From positions 390 to 64,389 of the forward strand of contig CAVANK010000008.1 of assembly GCA_963590075.1 (NCBI GenBank): a stretch of DNA of 64,000 nucleotides. The letters are read 5' to 3'. The position numbers and the translations under genes are program-made. The notes beneath the pieces are model-generated. The model searched no databases, was not told where the DNA came from, and worked only from the letters and a program-made list of their open reading frames with translations. The DNA comes from Eshraghiella crossota. Lineage in GTDB: Bacteria; Bacillota; Clostridia; Christensenellales; CAG-917. Positions 63,285 through 64,000 of the stretch are shown in pieces; position 1 is the first letter of the stretch; each line of letters starts with the position of its first letter.

Positions 63285-64000
63285 ATGGTCAGAAACGATT
63301 TGAGAAACATTGCAATCATCGCACACGTCGACCACGGCAAAACTACGCTCGTGGACGGTATGCTCAAACAATCGGGCACGTTTAGAGAAAATCAACAAGT
63401 AGCAACGTGCGTTATGGACTCGGGTGACCTCGAAAGAGAAAGAGGTATCACCATTTTGGCAAAGAATACGTCCATACATTATAACGGCACTAAAATCAAT
63501 ATCATCGACACACCGGGACACGCGGATTTCTCCGGTGAAGTGGAGCGCGTACTCAAAATGGTCAACGGCGTTGTGCTTTTGGTAGACGCACAAGAAGGAC
63601 CTATGCCTCAAACGCGTTTCGTCGTTGAAAAAGCTTTGGCTTTGGGACTCAAAATCATAATCGTCGTCAACAAAATCGACAAGCCCGACGCAAGACTTTC
63701 CGAAGTCGGTGACGAAGTGCTTGAACTCTTGCTCGACCTCGACGCAAGCGACGAACAGCTTCAAAGCCCCATTTTGTATTGCAGCGGTAAACAAGCGACT
63801 GCAACTCGCGACTACAACGTCCCCGGAAAAGACCTCAAACCGCTCTTCGATACGATTATCGATTATATCCCCGCTCCCGAAGGCGACGAAAACGGAGAAT
63901 TGCAACTTCTCGTATCCGCAATCGACTACAACGACTACGTAGGTCGTATCGGCATCGGCAGAATTGAAAGAGGCAAAGTAGATATGGCAAAGGAAGTCGT
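63285..64000 (+). CDS. typA: Translational GTPase TypA/BipA (3' end lies beyond the right window edge)
   Basis: Own translation from ATG 63285: [31 protein letters not shown]...[14 protein letters not shown]...NKIDKP. Open to the window end and therefore absent from the ORF track. Confidence 0.9.
   Translation, partial: MVRNDLRNIAIIAHVDHGKTTLVDGMLKQSGTFRENQQVATCVMDSGDLERERGITILAKNTSIHYNGTKINIIDTPGHADFSGEVERVLKMVNGVVLLVDAQEGPMPQTRFVVEKALALGLKIIIVVNKIDKPDARLSEVGDEVLELLLDLDASDEQLQSPILYCSGKQATATRDYNVPGKDLKPLFDTIIDYIPAPEGDENGELQLLVSAIDYNDYVGRIGIGRIERGKVDMAKEV

Noticed and set aside
63002-63379. 125-aa minus-strand ORF upstream of and overlapping typA
   Set aside because: It overlaps the well-supported typA start, is Cys-rich and motif-free, and its region folds into hairpins.
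1-64000. Scan for tRNA T-arms (GGTTCGAATCC-like), rRNA, RNase P (GAGGAAAGTCC), tmRNA, SRP RNA, T-box and common riboswitch cores
   Set aside because: I saw no convincing match by eye in any intergenic region. This is a manual scan, so a covariance-model search (tRNAscan-SE, Infernal/Rfam) is still needed.

Overview
This 64-kb window comes from a moderate-GC, spore-forming Firmicute of Clostridia type (SpoIVA, YtxC-like protein, DUF512-Der pair, RNase J, trimeric NuoE/NuoF-type [FeFe] hydrogenase). All calls rest on my own reading of the translated ORFs, motifs and DNA; no database search, folding or GC computation was run. I call about 50 protein genes. I saw no rRNA, tRNA, CRISPR array, transposase or integrase. 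Most of the window is housekeeping: GH3 beta-glucosidase (open at the left edge and missing from the ORF track), serA-serC, gldA plus dihydroxyacetone kinase, nadE, two peptidases, sdaA, and typA (open at the right edge). Three parts stand out.

1. A visibly AT-richer accessory island at about 25.4-34.3 kb with no mobility genes. It carries a AAA+ ATPase with a PD-(D/E)xK-like tail (DUF4143 type) and a 1394-aa Flg_new/LRR lipoprotein with long in-frame DNA repeats. Co-transcribed behind the lipoprotein gene is a 106-aa ORF whose stop overlaps the start of a stand-alone sirtuin-like SIR2 protein. This pair is my best candidate for an undescribed defence or toxin-antitoxin-like system.

2. A 13-gene, translationally coupled lipid-handling operon at 45.8-59.4 kb. 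It encodes two adenylating enzymes, two carrier proteins, two PlsC acyltransferases, an LRAT-PPTase fusion, a FakA/FakB-like pair, a GPH/MFS transporter and three alpha/beta hydrolases.

3. Several noncoding structures that the genes do not explain. These are a roughly 90-nt element with a conserved loop and a covarying stem that brackets the hydrogenase operon, about 0.7 kb of repeat-bearing noncoding DNA upstream of that operon, and a 3'-UTR array of four AGTGATATT motifs alternating with non-identical hairpins.

Four sequence-level oddities are also flagged: HydA has TSCSPGW instead of TSCCPxW, the Fic motif lacks its His, one alpha/beta hydrolase has a GxCxG elbow, and GldA ends in a Cys-rich tail.
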